NCBI GenBank assembly: GCA_965218425.1
Contig: OZ244621.1
Location: 1,440,001-1,504,000 of the forward strand
From: an uncultured Candidatus Binatia bacterium
GTDB taxonomy: Bacteria; Desulfobacterota; Binatia; UBA9968; CAXXLF01
Direction of reading: 5' to 3'
DNA: 64,000 nucleotides
In this document: piece after piece, positions 10,569 through 20,937 of the stretch
Numbering within the stretch: position 1 is the first letter of the stretch
Layout: each line of letters starts with the position of its first letter
Made by a program: the position numbers and the translations under genes
Notes under the pieces: generated by a model
Told to the model about the DNA's origin: nothing
What the model saw: only the letters and a program-made list of their open reading frames with translations
Databases searched by the model: none

Positions 10569-11912
10569 ATGGATCGAACGGTTCGGATCATCGGTGGAGG
10601 TCTGGCCGGATCGGAGGCGGCGTGGCAAATAGCCCGACGCGGGGTAGCTGTGGAGCTCTACGAAATGAGGCCTCACAGGAGAACAGATGCCCATTGCACC
10701 CGGTTTCTCGCCGAGCTTGTCTGTAGCAATTCCTTTCGTTCCCAAACTTTAACCACGGGCGCCGGGATATTAAAAGAAGAGATGAAACGCCTGGGCTCGC
10801 TGGTCATCCGCATCGGCGAGGCGAATCGTGTCCCCGCAGGTTCCGCCCTGGCGGTTGATCGGGAGCGGTTTTCCCAGGCCATCACGGAGGCGCTTGAATC
10901 TTTACCTGGGGTCAAAATCATTCGGCGGGAAGTGAAGGAAATACCAGCGGGCCCGGTGATCTTGGCCACTGGCCCCCTCACCGCCCCGACCCTATCGGAT
11001 CAGCTTGCCTCCCTCCTCGGCTCTAGCCACCTCTATTTTTATGACGCCATTTCTCCGATTGTCACTGCCGAGTCCATCGATAGGGAAGTTGCCTTCCGTG
11101 CCTCGCGCTACGATCAGGGATCCGGCGATTATTTGAACCTCCCCCTCACGCGCGAGGAATATGGCCGTTTTGTGGACGCCATACTGGCGGCGGAAAAGAT
11201 CCCCACCCGCAGCTTCGAACGATTCATCGTCTTCGAGGGCTGTCAGCCCATAGAGGAGATTGCCAGGAGGGGCAGGGATAGCCTGGCCTTTGGTCCCATG
11301 AGACCCACCGGGTTGACGGATCCGCGCACAGGGAAAAGACCCTATGCAGCCATCCAGCTGAGACAGGAAAACCGTCAGGGGAACCTCTACAACATGGTGG
11401 GATTCCAGACGAAGATGACCTACCCGGAGCAGAGGCGAGTTTTTTCTCTGATCCCGGGTCTAGAGAAAGCAGAGTTCGTTCGCCTGGGGAGCCTGCATCG
11501 CAATACCTTCATTGACTCCCCCCACCATCTCCGACCCACCCTCCAATGGCGGTGGCGCAATGATCTTTTCTTTGCGGGACAGATGACCGGAGTTGAGGGG
11601 TACATTGAATCCGCGGCTTCGGGGCTGCTAGCCGGAATCAACGGAGCTCGAATGGCGGCTGGATTGGAACCGGTGTTTCCACCTCCCACCACCGCCCTGG
11701 GATCGTTGCTAAGGTACATCACCGACCAATCGTCCCAAGCGTTTCAGCCCATGAACGCGAACTTCGGCCTGTTCCCTCCCCTTCCCTTTCCCAACTCCGC
11801 CAAAGGAAGAGCCAAAAAAGAACTCATGGCCCATAGGGCCTTGGAGGAGTTGGAACTCTGGCAGACACGAGTCAATGAGGCCCATCCATTCCCCCTAGCT
11901 CAAGAGGCATAG
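10569..11912 (+). CDS. trmFO: tRNA (uracil-5)-methyltransferase TrmFO
   Basis: GGGLAGSEAA, ELVCSNS, FYDAISPIV and HRNTF motifs. Confidence 0.96.
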   Translation: MDRTVRIIGGGLAGSEAAWQIARRGVAVELYEMRPHRRTDAHCTRFLAELVCSNSFRSQTLTTGAGILKEEMKRLGSLVIRIGEANRVPAGSALAVDRERFSQAITEALESLPGVKIIRREVKEIPAGPVILATGPLTAPTLSDQLASLLGSSHLYFYDAISPIVTAESIDREVAFRASRYDQGSGDYLNLPLTREEYGRFVDAILAAEKIPTRSFERFIVFEGCQPIEEIARRGRDSLAFGPMRPTGLTDPRTGKRPYAAIQLRQENRQGNLYNMVGFQTKMTYPEQRRVFSLIPGLEKAEFVRLGSLHRNTFIDSPHHLRPTLQWRWRNDLFFAGQMTGVEGYIESAASGLLAGINGARMAAGLEPVFPPPTTALGSLLRYITDQSSQAFQPMNANFGLFPPLPFPNSAKGRAKKELMAHRALEELELWQTRVNEAHPFPLAQEA

Positions 11913-11914
11913 AC

Positions 11915-12856
11915 ATGGACACGTGGCGCCTTGCCACCATCGATGTCGGCACCAACACCGTTCTTTTTCTGATCGTCGAGATCGATCACAAAGGAAACTT
12001 TCGAGTTCTCGAGGACCATGCAGAGATTACGAGACTCGGTGAAGGAGTGCAACATAGCGGCGTGATCGGGCGGGGAGGACGGCAGCGGACACTGGATATA
12101 CTGCGTGTTTATTGTGAGAGGTGCCGGAGTTGGAACGTTCAAGAGATAATGGTTGCAGGCACCAGCGCCCTCAGGGAAGCCGCCAATGCAAGCGACTTTA
12201 AAACATGTTTGAAGCAGGATCTGGGCTTGGATCTGCGCATTCTAACAACGCGTGAAGAGGCGTGGTACTCCTACCTGTCAGTTCAAAAAGGGCTTACGGG
12301 GCTGGCCCCTGAGCTGTTGGTGGTGGACATAGGAGGAGGAAGTACAGAATTTGTATGGGGAAAGGGCGGTGAGTTGCAGCGTTGGGTAAGCTACCCTATG
12401 GGCACCGTCAAGCTAACGGAGCGGTTCCTAACTTCCGACCCGGCTCGAAAAGAAGAATGTGATCTCTTGATAAGGGCTGTGGATAGTGATTTGTCTGAGC
12501 AACTGGCGGATTGGGGAACCGAAACGAACTTCAGCTCCATGGTAGGGATAGCCGGGACTTTCACAACTCTCTCAGCGGTGGAAAAAGCACTGGTTCCCTA
12601 CAGGGCAGAGGAGGTTCATGGAAGTCCCCTCAAACGGAAAGAAGTCCGACGTCAGATTCGACTCTTCCAAAGTAAAACCGTAGCTAAGCGGACGCTGATC
12701 CCCGGCTTGGAACCAAAGAGAGCCGATGTGATTCTGGCGGGGGCCCTTCTCATTGACAGGATCATGGACCGCTTCCGAATGGACCAGGCCATCGTGAGTG
12801 ATCAAGGGATCAGGTATGGCCTTCTTTTCCACCGGCTCACCGGGGCTCAGGATTAG
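11915..12856 (+). CDS. Ppx/GppA family phosphatase
   Basis: IDVGTNT, TSALREA, DIGGGSTE and RADVILAG motifs. Confidence 0.92.
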   Translation: MDTWRLATIDVGTNTVLFLIVEIDHKGNFRVLEDHAEITRLGEGVQHSGVIGRGGRQRTLDILRVYCERCRSWNVQEIMVAGTSALREAANASDFKTCLKQDLGLDLRILTTREEAWYSYLSVQKGLTGLAPELLVVDIGGGSTEFVWGKGGELQRWVSYPMGTVKLTERFLTSDPARKEECDLLIRAVDSDLSEQLADWGTETNFSSMVGIAGTFTTLSAVEKALVPYRAEEVHGSPLKRKEVRRQIRLFQSKTVAKRTLIPGLEPKRADVILAGALLIDRIMDRFRMDQAIVSDQGIRYGLLFHRLTGAQD

Positions 12857-12926
12857 CCCAAACGTCATCACCCTCAACCAAGTTAGCCAGCGACTTCTCG
12901 CAGGATTGTATCCTGTAGTCTCTCCC

Positions 12927-12966
12927 CCGAACTTGCCCCTAGGAAAAGGGGAAGTTCGGTCATTTT
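12927..12966 (+). terminator. Putative intrinsic terminator
   Basis: Stem CCGAACTT(G)CCCCT / AGGGGAAGTTCGG followed by TCATTTT, downstream of the Ppx/GppA gene. Confidence 0.5.
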
Positions 12967-13116
12967 GTGCGGTGGATCGGCTAAGATGACGACCGTTCGA
13001 CGGCAGTACTAGCAGCGACTTGACTCGCCGAGTCCTTTATAGATATTGTGGCTTGTCTCGAATTCTGATCAGTCGAAGCGGCCTTACTAAACCAACGAAG
13101 TCCGAAGGAGGCCAGT

Positions 13117-14421
13117 ATGGACGAAAGAACGGTATCCCAGGGGGGGAATCAACCCTCAGATGGCTTGAAGCCGGGGTATTTTGAAATTCTTGGCGGCTTC
13201 AGCCGCAATGCCAAGCTTTTCATCGTTCACTTCATGATGATGGCCTTCCGGTTTGGAATGTACGGAGGAATCTTCAATCTCTACCTCCTTGCATTGGGGT
13301 ATTCACCCGGATTCGCCGGGATGAGGATATTTGTCCTGTGGGGCTCCATGGCGTTGGGCGCCGTCTTTATGGGCAGGGTTGTTGATAGGATTGGCCGTAG
13401 AGCGGGTTTCATCTTCTCGGACGGTATGGGGGCTATTCTGGTCTTCATTATGGTGACTTTCCCTACCGCAGAGGTGCTCATAATTCTGAGTGTTGTCTCA
13501 GGGCTTATTGACGGTCTTCACAGCAGTTCTGAATCGCCCTGGATCATGGAGAACAGCGAAAAGAAAGACAGGGTTTATCTGTTCAGTGTGACGCAGGGCA
13601 TGGGGAGGATTGCCATGATGTTCGGGCAGGGGCTCCCCTTTCTGTTTGTTGGAAACCTACCCAACGTCAGTCTCCCGACATATAGAGTATTTTTGTACAT
13701 TGGCGCTGTCGTATGGATGCTTTCCTTGGTTCCCGCGTTCATGTTCAGGGAGAAAAAAGAAATTCTTGATACGCTTGAAAGAGCATCTAAAAGCTCCGGG
13801 TCCCTATTCTCCTTCAAGAATGTCGAGAGTTGGTCGTTTGTTAAGAGAATTGTACCCCTTTATGCCCTCGTTTGGTTGGGTGTTGGGATGGTCCATCCAC
13901 TTCATACGGTATTTTTCGTTAACAAGCTCGGTGCACCACCCATGACGGCATCGCTCATCTTGGCCATTGGGGGAATTTCCATGTCCTTTGGTTCATTTCT
14001 GATCCCCCTCGTAGCAGAGCGAATCGGAAGGGTAAGAACCATAGGGTACACCATGCTTGTTTCTATCCCGTTCACTTTCGCTGTAGGTGTAGCCCCGACG
14101 CTCATCGCTGCCGGGATCTTTTTTCTGTTCCACGAACTCACCATCCACGTGAGTGAACCCATTATCAGAACATTCTACACAGAGTCCGTGCAGACAAAGG
14201 AGCGAGGCACAGTCGCGGGAATGATGAGCGCAGCCCACGCCCTGGCTCAGGGCTTCGGTACATTTGTGGCCAGTAGGATGATGGATTCTAATTACTATAC
14301 TCAAACATATCTTATCATGGCTGTGGTTTTTGCTTTTGCCGCACTGCTGTTTTTGACTACTTTCCGCCCCAAAGAACCAGAGACTGCGGTGGAGTTGGCG
14401 CCCTCGGTAAAACAGGGTTGA
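13117..14421 (+). CDS. MFS transporter
   Basis: About 12 hydrophobic segments; motif A variants GRVVDRIGRR and AERIGRVR. Confidence 0.88.
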   Translation: MDERTVSQGGNQPSDGLKPGYFEILGGFSRNAKLFIVHFMMMAFRFGMYGGIFNLYLLALGYSPGFAGMRIFVLWGSMALGAVFMGRVVDRIGRRAGFIFSDGMGAILVFIMVTFPTAEVLIILSVVSGLIDGLHSSSESPWIMENSEKKDRVYLFSVTQGMGRIAMMFGQGLPFLFVGNLPNVSLPTYRVFLYIGAVVWMLSLVPAFMFREKKEILDTLERASKSSGSLFSFKNVESWSFVKRIVPLYALVWLGVGMVHPLHTVFFVNKLGAPPMTASLILAIGGISMSFGSFLIPLVAERIGRVRTIGYTMLVSIPFTFAVGVAPTLIAAGIFFLFHELTIHVSEPIIRTFYTESVQTKERGTVAGMMSAAHALAQGFGTFVASRMMDSNYYTQTYLIMAVVFAFAALLFLTTFRPKEPETAVELAPSVKQG

Positions 14422-14461
14422 TACTCGCAGGGTAAGGATAGAAACCCTTAGGAAGTCCGCA

Positions 14462-14707
14462 TTGAAGCTATTGTTCGGAATTTGGTTTGCCCTTCTGCTT
14501 TTTTTAACGCCGCCCATATGGACGACCGTGGTTTCGCCGGCTTTCGCCAATGGAGACCATTCAGATCAGCATCCGCATGCTGAACAAAGCTTTAATCCCA
14601 TAGCTTTTGCTCTTGTGACTGGTGGATTGGTGGTGGTGGCCTACTTCATGTACAGAATTTTTTCCGGCAGCAACAAGAAGAATAAGGACACGGAGAAAGA
14701 AGGTTAG
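14462..14707 (+). CDS. Small membrane protein with His-rich linker
   Basis: Signal-like N-terminus ending AFA, then NGDHSDQHPH, one TM helix and a charged tail. Confidence 0.6.
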   Translation: MKLLFGIWFALLLFLTPPIWTTVVSPAFANGDHSDQHPHAEQSFNPIAFALVTGGLVVVAYFMYRIFSGSNKKNKDTEKEG

Positions 14708-14857
14708 CCTGCCCGGAAAATTCTGAACCCACCTGTTCAATTTTTTTCCAATCATAATGGGATCGTCACAATTTCCGCGTAAAGGCATTTCATTGTCTAT
14801 CTTTTCTGAATGTAAATCTTTCCATTGGAGCAACCGCCGCCCGGGAGCTAATTCCCC

Positions 14858-16090
14858 ATGAAGCGGAACCAACGGTCCTCCGGCATCCTGGTGCTCTATG
14901 GCAGCGCCGCCCTCTGGTGTACTTCCATCGGCATGTCACATGTATTGATCCCCCTCTACGCCATTCATCTCGGCTTTTCGATTTTGAAGATTGCCAGTGT
15001 TGTTTCATTACCGGTTGTAGCCACCCTGGGCCTTCGGTTTATGGGGGGTGCCCTTTCGGATCGTTTCGGAGAACGATTGGTTCTTCATGCCTGTTACCTA
15101 TTAAATACCCTGGCGGCGGTGGTGGTGTATCAAGCCGAGGGGTTCTTTTCTCTGTTCATAGCCCAGACCATCTCCAACATGTCTCGGAGTCTCTTCTGGA
15201 CTCCCGCTCAATCCATCGCCAGCCAACTCCCAGGATCCATTCCGGGGAAAAGGCTTGGACAGCTCTCAGCCTGCAATGCCGCAGGGAATCTAGCCGGCCT
15301 GGGCTTGGGCGGTGTTCTTGCAGCCGCCGCAGGATATCCCGGCGCCTTCTTGATTTTGATAGTGGCCACCCTTGCCTCCTCCGTTCTAGGATTCTTGCTC
15401 CCTCACGTAGAAGCGAAGCCCAAGGGGCGCTCCGTATGGCAAATCTTCGCAGGCATTGGAAAATATCTCTGTCACCGACCCACCTGGCTAACCATATCTG
15501 CCTCCTTTGCCGCGGGGTTGGCTCCGGCCCTAACCCAATCCATCTATCCAGTTTACCTAGCCCAGCTAGGTTACGGGGAGCAATGGATAGGATTCACGGT
15601 TGCGTCACGGGCCATAGGACCCATCGCAAGCGGCTTGATGCTGGCCCCACTGATCACACCACGTCGCCAGGTGGTTATGTACGCTGCGGCCATCGCAGGT
15701 TTGGGCATTTTTGCAATTATCAGTGGGCTCGTGGAGCACCTCATTCTTTTGGCTCTTTGTATGGCCGCCTTGGGGACCGCCAGTGGCCTGATGGATGTCT
15801 GGTACCAGGTTCGCGCGACCCAACTCAGTTCGGCCAGCGACCGTTCCGCGTCCATGGCCAGTATGGGATTGGGTTGGAACCTTGCCTATATTGTAACTCC
15901 GGTTACCGTGGGATGGCTGGCAGAGCTGTTCGGAATCAAATCGGCCCTCTTATCCACCGGTTGTTTTCTCCTTCTGGCGTCATCGGGGACCCGGCTATGG
16001 CATCGACTTCTCGGACCCGCTGGAGCCACCCAAAGGGATATCTCAAGTGATGTAAAAAATGTAACCGTGGGAACTCCGAGGAATGGTTAA
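14858..16090 (+). CDS. MFS transporter
   Basis: GALSDRFGER motif A; multiple TM segments. Confidence 0.88.
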   Translation: MKRNQRSSGILVLYGSAALWCTSIGMSHVLIPLYAIHLGFSILKIASVVSLPVVATLGLRFMGGALSDRFGERLVLHACYLLNTLAAVVVYQAEGFFSLFIAQTISNMSRSLFWTPAQSIASQLPGSIPGKRLGQLSACNAAGNLAGLGLGGVLAAAAGYPGAFLILIVATLASSVLGFLLPHVEAKPKGRSVWQIFAGIGKYLCHRPTWLTISASFAAGLAPALTQSIYPVYLAQLGYGEQWIGFTVASRAIGPIASGLMLAPLITPRRQVVMYAAAIAGLGIFAIISGLVEHLILLALCMAALGTASGLMDVWYQVRATQLSSASDRSASMASMGLGWNLAYIVTPVTVGWLAELFGIKSALLSTGCFLLLASSGTRLWHRLLGPAGATQRDISSDVKNVTVGTPRNG

Positions 16091-16140
16091 CCATTACTCA
16101 CACTATTGACATGGTTTGTTCATTCCAGTAATTCCAAAGC

Positions 16141-16968
16141 ATGTCCGAATTGAACGCTAAGGTCGCTCAGTTAAGAAACCTGTTGCAAGAAATGGAGCGG
16201 GTGATCGTCTGCTTCTCTGGTGGAGTAGATTCGAGCTATCTACTAGCCGAGTCGGTGAGATGGCTAGGGGATAAGGCCCTGGCATTGACGGCAGTGTCAC
16301 CAAGCCTGGCCCCGGAAGAGGGGGTTGAAGCAAAGGGTTTGGCCGAGCGGCTGGGGGCGCGTCACTTGCTGATCGCGACTCACGAAGTGGATGATCCGCG
16401 CTACGCCGCAAACCCCTTTAACCGCTGTTACTTTTGCAAAACCGAACTGTACGGTGTCGCCGTCAAGGAAGCGCTGACTCTAGGGATCCCAAACATCCTC
16501 GATGGCTTTAACCTTGATGATCGCGGGGACCACCGACCCGGACGCCAGGCTGCCCGCGAACATGGCGTGCGCTCCCCTCTGGACGAACTCGCATTTTCCA
16601 AGGCTGACATCCGTGAGGCTGCTCGGCGGATCGATTTGCCCGTCTGGGACAAGCCGGCGCTGGCGTGCCTTTCCAGTCGTTTCCCCTACGGCACTCAAAT
16701 TACGCCTCAACGCCTGACTCAGGTGGCACGCTGCGAAAGCGTGCTACGGGAGTTGGGGTTTCGGGTTTTCCGGGTCCGTTATCATGACACCGTGGCGCGA
16801 ATTGAAGTGGCCCCGGAGGATCTTCCCCGATTGTTGTCTTCGGAGATACGCGACGAGATTACACGACGCTTTCGGGAAACAGGGTTTGCCTACGTGAGCG
16901 TTGACTTACAGGGTTACCGGCAGGGCGCCCTGAACGAAGGTATTCATACGAAATCCAAAATAGACTAA
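16141..16968 (+). CDS. larE: LarE-family ATP-dependent sulfur transferase
   Basis: PP-loop FSGGVDS, RCYFCK, DHRPG and ACLSSR motifs. Confidence 0.92.
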   Translation: MSELNAKVAQLRNLLQEMERVIVCFSGGVDSSYLLAESVRWLGDKALALTAVSPSLAPEEGVEAKGLAERLGARHLLIATHEVDDPRYAANPFNRCYFCKTELYGVAVKEALTLGIPNILDGFNLDDRGDHRPGRQAAREHGVRSPLDELAFSKADIREAARRIDLPVWDKPALACLSSRFPYGTQITPQRLTQVARCESVLRELGFRVFRVRYHDTVARIEVAPEDLPRLLSSEIRDEITRRFRETGFAYVSVDLQGYRQGALNEGIHTKSKID

Positions 16969-16980
16969 GAAAAACAATTT

Positions 16981-17715
16981 ATGAAGATCGAACAGGCAAC
17001 TCAAGCTAAGGTGACTGAACTCCGCTCAAAGGTAGAGCCAAGGTTCAGAAATCCAAGAGCCTAGAAAAGACCGCACAGGAGCCGGCCAATGTACTTCACA
17101 CCGAGTTCAGCGATTCTGTAGCCCTTGCCCGGGTTTTTATTACGGTTCCCTTTGGGACCCTACCGGCAAAGAACAAAGAGTTCGTGCAGAAACTGGCCGA
17201 TTCGGCCGGGGCCGGTTCTCAATTGAAGACGAATACACCCGTACTCTCTCTCTCATGGGAACCCACGGCCAGGAAGGCAACTGGAATGACAGGCACAAGT
17301 CTCAAGGGCATGTAGGGATGCCGCTAATCTCCTCGGCCTTTGTTGGTGCCATTCCGATGATTTCCCGTCTCCTCAAGGAACCGGGTGTCCCTTTGGACTG
17401 GATCGACAGCCATGACTCACAAATCATCAAGAAGGCAGTGGGCAAATCTGCGGGTCTGTCCCTTGTCGACAATGCCGCCCAGGCAACAGACAACGAAGGC
17501 AGGAAAATCATTGCGGTCCAGGATTTCGCGTCAAAGTACGATGTGAAGAGCGTTTTGGAACCGCAGAGGCATTGGCCTGCGGCCAGATCGTGGTTGTGGC
17601 CGCGTTTTGCCGTGATGCCTTTTCACGATCCTCTGCAAAGCATTTTCCGGCACTCACAAATTCATTCGAAGGCAAAACGGCTTCCCTCGTCGACGGGCAA
17701 AAAATCTTCTCCTAA
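16981..17715 (+). pseudogene. Frameshifted hypothetical protein (about 245 aa)
   Basis: A continuous protein (MKIEQATQ..ALARVFITVPF..PVLSLMGTHG..SVFG..QKIFS) needs shifts near 17040, 17250 (CT run) and 17555. Confidence 0.7.
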
Positions 17716-17770
17716 CAGTAGCGGATTACATTGACAGTTCCTTTGAACCGCGCCGTTGTTCTACAACCCA

Positions 17771-18811
17771 TTAAACGAACGAGCGCAGACCCTTTTTCGG
17801 ACGAGACGGGAAATAGCCAGGGATTTTCTGTCCACAGGGGCAACGACCGTCAACCAGACGATTCTCCAGCACCTCATGCCAGGAGCGGCGGACTAGGACG
17901 GTGCCGCAGCTGGGACAGGTAGTATTCTGCCCCTCATCGTCATGAACGTTGCCCAGGTAACAGTACTTCACGCCTGCACAGAGGGCGATCTCACGTGCCC
18001 GCTTTAGAGTCAAAGCAGGGGTCCTCGGCTTGTCCATCATCTTGAAATCGGGATGGAAAGCCGTGAAATGAATGGGGATAGAATCCCCGAGGTGATTTAG
18101 CACCCAATCGCACAATCGCTTAGTTTCCTCTGGTTCATCGTTCTCGCCGGGGATCATCAGGTTCGTGATCTCAAACCACACCTCAGTTTCGTGTTTTAGC
18201 CATCTCAAGGTGTCCAACACCGGATCCAGATGAGAAAATGTCAGCTTATGGTAAAACCGCTCGGTAAACCCCTTGAGGTCAACGTTGGCTGCGTCAATGA
18301 ATTGAAAGACGTCACGGCGGGCCTGTGGTGTAATGTAACCAGCCGTTACCATAACGTTCTTCAGACCCCCTTCGCGCGCAAGTCGTGACGTATCCATAAC
18401 ATATTCGCCAAAGATTACTGGATCATTGTAGGTATAGGCGATGCTGGGAAGACGATGCTTCAAGGCAATCTCCACCACTTCCTTGGGACTTGCGCGGACG
18501 CTCCCTGCTTCGTCCAATTTCGCCTTGCTGATGCTCCAGTTCTGACAAAATCGACAGCCCAGATTGCAACCCGCGGTACCAAAACTCACAATTGAGGTAC
18601 CGGGCAGGAAGTGATTGAGAGGTTTTTTCTCGATAGGATCCACGGCAAATCCTGTAGGCCTACCGTACCCGAGGGAGTAGAGTTTCCCGTCTATATTTTT
18701 CCGGATATAGCAAAACCCCGGCTGATCCTTCCCCATGCGGCAGAATCTTGGGCAGAGGGTGCACAGGACGCGTCCATCCGGCTCGGTTTCCCACCAAATG
18801 GCTTCCTTCAT
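17771..18811 (-). CDS. amrS: AmmeMemoRadiSam-system radical SAM enzyme
   Basis: CTLCPRFC, DPIEKKPLNHF, GCNLGCRFCQNW and YTYNDP motifs. Confidence 0.92.
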   Translation of the reverse strand: MKEAIWWETEPDGRVLCTLCPRFCRMGKDQPGFCYIRKNIDGKLYSLGYGRPTGFAVDPIEKKPLNHFLPGTSIVSFGTAGCNLGCRFCQNWSISKAKLDEAGSVRASPKEVVEIALKHRLPSIAYTYNDPVIFGEYVMDTSRLAREGGLKNVMVTAGYITPQARRDVFQFIDAANVDLKGFTERFYHKLTFSHLDPVLDTLRWLKHETEVWFEITNLMIPGENDEPEETKRLCDWVLNHLGDSIPIHFTAFHPDFKMMDKPRTPALTLKRAREIALCAGVKYCYLGNVHDDEGQNTTCPSCGTVLVRRSWHEVLENRLVDGRCPCGQKIPGYFPSRPKKGLRSFV

Positions 18812-18890
18812 GACTTAGATTATCCCCCTTTTCGTACCCGCCCGCAAGGGTACTTTGTCCCCGGTTCGAATATATGATAAATGTGACGTG

Positions 18891-19289
18891 ATGAGCGGGA
18901 CCAAGGGACTCAAGGGCATGCACCACCTGGCCCTTCAGGTCAAAGACCTGGAGCGATCCAAGGCATTTTACCAGGAGATGTTTGGGATGGAGGTGGTCTG
19001 GGAACCGGATGAAAAGAACGTCTATTTATCTTCCGGAACCGATAATTTGGCCCTACATGAAGTTGACTTCGCCGCGGAACCGTCGCCTGCGGCACAATAT
19101 CTGGATCATTTTGGGTTCATTATCGATCGCGTTGAAACGGTTAAAGACCTGGAAAGGGAATTTCGTGCAAAAGAGGTAAAGATTATCCATCCATTCAAAA
19201 ATCATCGAGATGGTAGTGCTTCCTTTTACTGTGCGGATCCCGATGGTGTCGTTATCCAACTACTTTACGAGCCGCACCTAAGCCGCTAG
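18891..19289 (+). CDS. VOC/glyoxalase family protein
   Basis: HHLALQVKDLERS, DHFGF and YCADPDG motifs. Confidence 0.88.
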   Translation: MSGTKGLKGMHHLALQVKDLERSKAFYQEMFGMEVVWEPDEKNVYLSSGTDNLALHEVDFAAEPSPAAQYLDHFGFIIDRVETVKDLEREFRAKEVKIIHPFKNHRDGSASFYCADPDGVVIQLLYEPHLSR

Positions 19290-19297
19290 CAAGAAAA

Positions 19298-19477
19298 CAG
19301 CAAAGCGCACGGTGCAGAGCGCATAGCGTCCGCACTAGTGATGCGCGTTAAAGAATCGATGGTCGGTTTAGGGTGCAGGGAGCTGGTATAGGGTCTGGAT
19401 TCCGCCTTCCCCTACCCCCACGCGTTACACCTTTCACCCTTTGTTAATCTCGACTCAGTACTGAGTCCACTTTGCGC
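19298..19477. repeat. Composite 7-mer and palindromic intergenic repeat
   Basis: CAAAGCG-CACGGTG-CAGAGCG-CATAGCG units; GACTCAGTACTGAGTC at 19452-19467. Confidence 0.7.
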
Positions 19478-20914
19478 CTAGCGATTTTCCCTTGGTATCC
19501 ATTCGTCCAATAACGCCTCGGCCGCGCTCTCGCCGCTGTGGATACAATCCGCGATTCCAACCCCGCCATAAGCATTCCCCGCAAGTGCGAGCCCCTTATG
19601 TTTGGCCAACCGCTCCTTGATGCGCCCAACCCGCTCCGAATGCCCGACTCGGTACTGGGGCATTGAGTTCGGGTGCCTGTGAATGCGGCAGAATAGGGGT
19701 TCTGACCTGATTTCCAACAGGGCGGCGAGTTCCTCGCGTACACTGCGCTCCATTGCTTCGTCGCTCTGTTTGAACAGCTCAAGTTGCAACGTCCCTCCAA
19801 CGAACGCCCTTAACAAATGATTCTCCGCAGGCGCCCTGCCCGAATACTTCACGCTGCTAAAGCTACAGGCAATGATCTGACGACCTTCCCTCACAGGGAC
19901 CACGACGCCAAAACCGTCCAGGCCGTTCGGAATGTCTGCGCGCCTGTAGCCCAGGGTCACCGTTGCTGTGGAAGTGTAAGGAATAGCGGCCAGTTCCATG
20001 GCAAGTTCGGGGTCAACCGATGAAAGATTACCCGCGGCAGCATAAGCCGGAATAGCGAGGATTACACCATCGGCTTCCAACTGCCGGTCTCCGTCCGTGG
20101 TGATGCCCCATATTTTTTTTTCGGCGTTCCATGCTAAGGCAACGACCCTGGTCCCGTGGCGCACTGTGCCGGTAGGAAGTCGCCCCGCGAGGGTCTCAAC
20201 CAACCGCTGCATTCCATCGGGGAAAGAGACGAAGAGACCCCAACGCGCACCACTTCCCGTACGCCGGGAACGAGCCCGACGCCGCTGTTCCAACCAGCTG
20301 GCCCAAATGATACTGCGCCTTGTCCGCTCCAGCTCTAAAAAACGCGGCATGGTTGATTTGAGACTGAGCTCTTCGGGATTGGCCGCGTAAATCCCGCCCA
20401 TGAGCGGCTGAGCTACACGCTCCAGTAGCTCTTGACCGAAACGACGCCGGACAAAAGATCCCATACTCTCATCTTCCACCCGTCTGCCCCGGGGGAGAAA
20501 TAGCTCAAGCAATACACGGAGTTTAGCCGGCCAGGAAAATAGCGGAGTCCGTAGCAAGGGCCACAGGCGCGTGGGCGCCATAAGAATAAATCCTTCCGGC
20601 AGTGCAACCAGAGATCCTTGATGCACCACGTAGATGTTTCGGCGAGCGGAATTCAGCGAAATGAGGTTAGACGCGATTCCTAAACGCTCACAGAGCTGAA
20701 TACCCCACGGCTTTTCCGTGATGAAAGCGTCGGGACCGGATTCCACTAAAAAGCCACCGAGGTGCTCGGTTCCGATGGTTCCACCCAAACGCTCACTTGC
20801 CTCCAAAAGAGTGACCTCCATGTTATGGGGCACTTCTCCACTGAGTTCCATCAAGCGGTGGGCAGCCGCCAGGCCTGAAATCCCACCACCCACGACAACG
20901 ACTCGATAGCTCAT
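19478..20914 (-). CDS. hemY: Protoporphyrinogen/coproporphyrinogen oxidase (HemY type)
   Basis: GGGISGLAAA FAD motif, ESGPDAF, MPQYRVGH and GVGIADCI; next to hemE. Confidence 0.94.
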   Translation of the reverse strand: MSYRVVVVGGGISGLAAAHRLMELSGEVPHNMEVTLLEASERLGGTIGTEHLGGFLVESGPDAFITEKPWGIQLCERLGIASNLISLNSARRNIYVVHQGSLVALPEGFILMAPTRLWPLLRTPLFSWPAKLRVLLELFLPRGRRVEDESMGSFVRRRFGQELLERVAQPLMGGIYAANPEELSLKSTMPRFLELERTRRSIIWASWLEQRRRARSRRTGSGARWGLFVSFPDGMQRLVETLAGRLPTGTVRHGTRVVALAWNAEKKIWGITTDGDRQLEADGVILAIPAYAAAGNLSSVDPELAMELAAIPYTSTATVTLGYRRADIPNGLDGFGVVVPVREGRQIIACSFSSVKYSGRAPAENHLLRAFVGGTLQLELFKQSDEAMERSVREELAALLEIRSEPLFCRIHRHPNSMPQYRVGHSERVGRIKERLAKHKGLALAGNAYGGVGIADCIHSGESAAEALLDEWIPRENR

Positions 20915-20937
20915 TTAGATTCTTACCGGAAAGGGTT

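Noticed and set aside
9915..10745. Long antisense ORFs (also 3972-4715 and 38473-39108)
   Set aside because: They lie opposite well-supported genes, as expected in GC-rich coding DNA.
14917..16050. 377-aa alternative-frame ORF
   Set aside because: It is a shadow of the MFS gene with no recognisable motifs.
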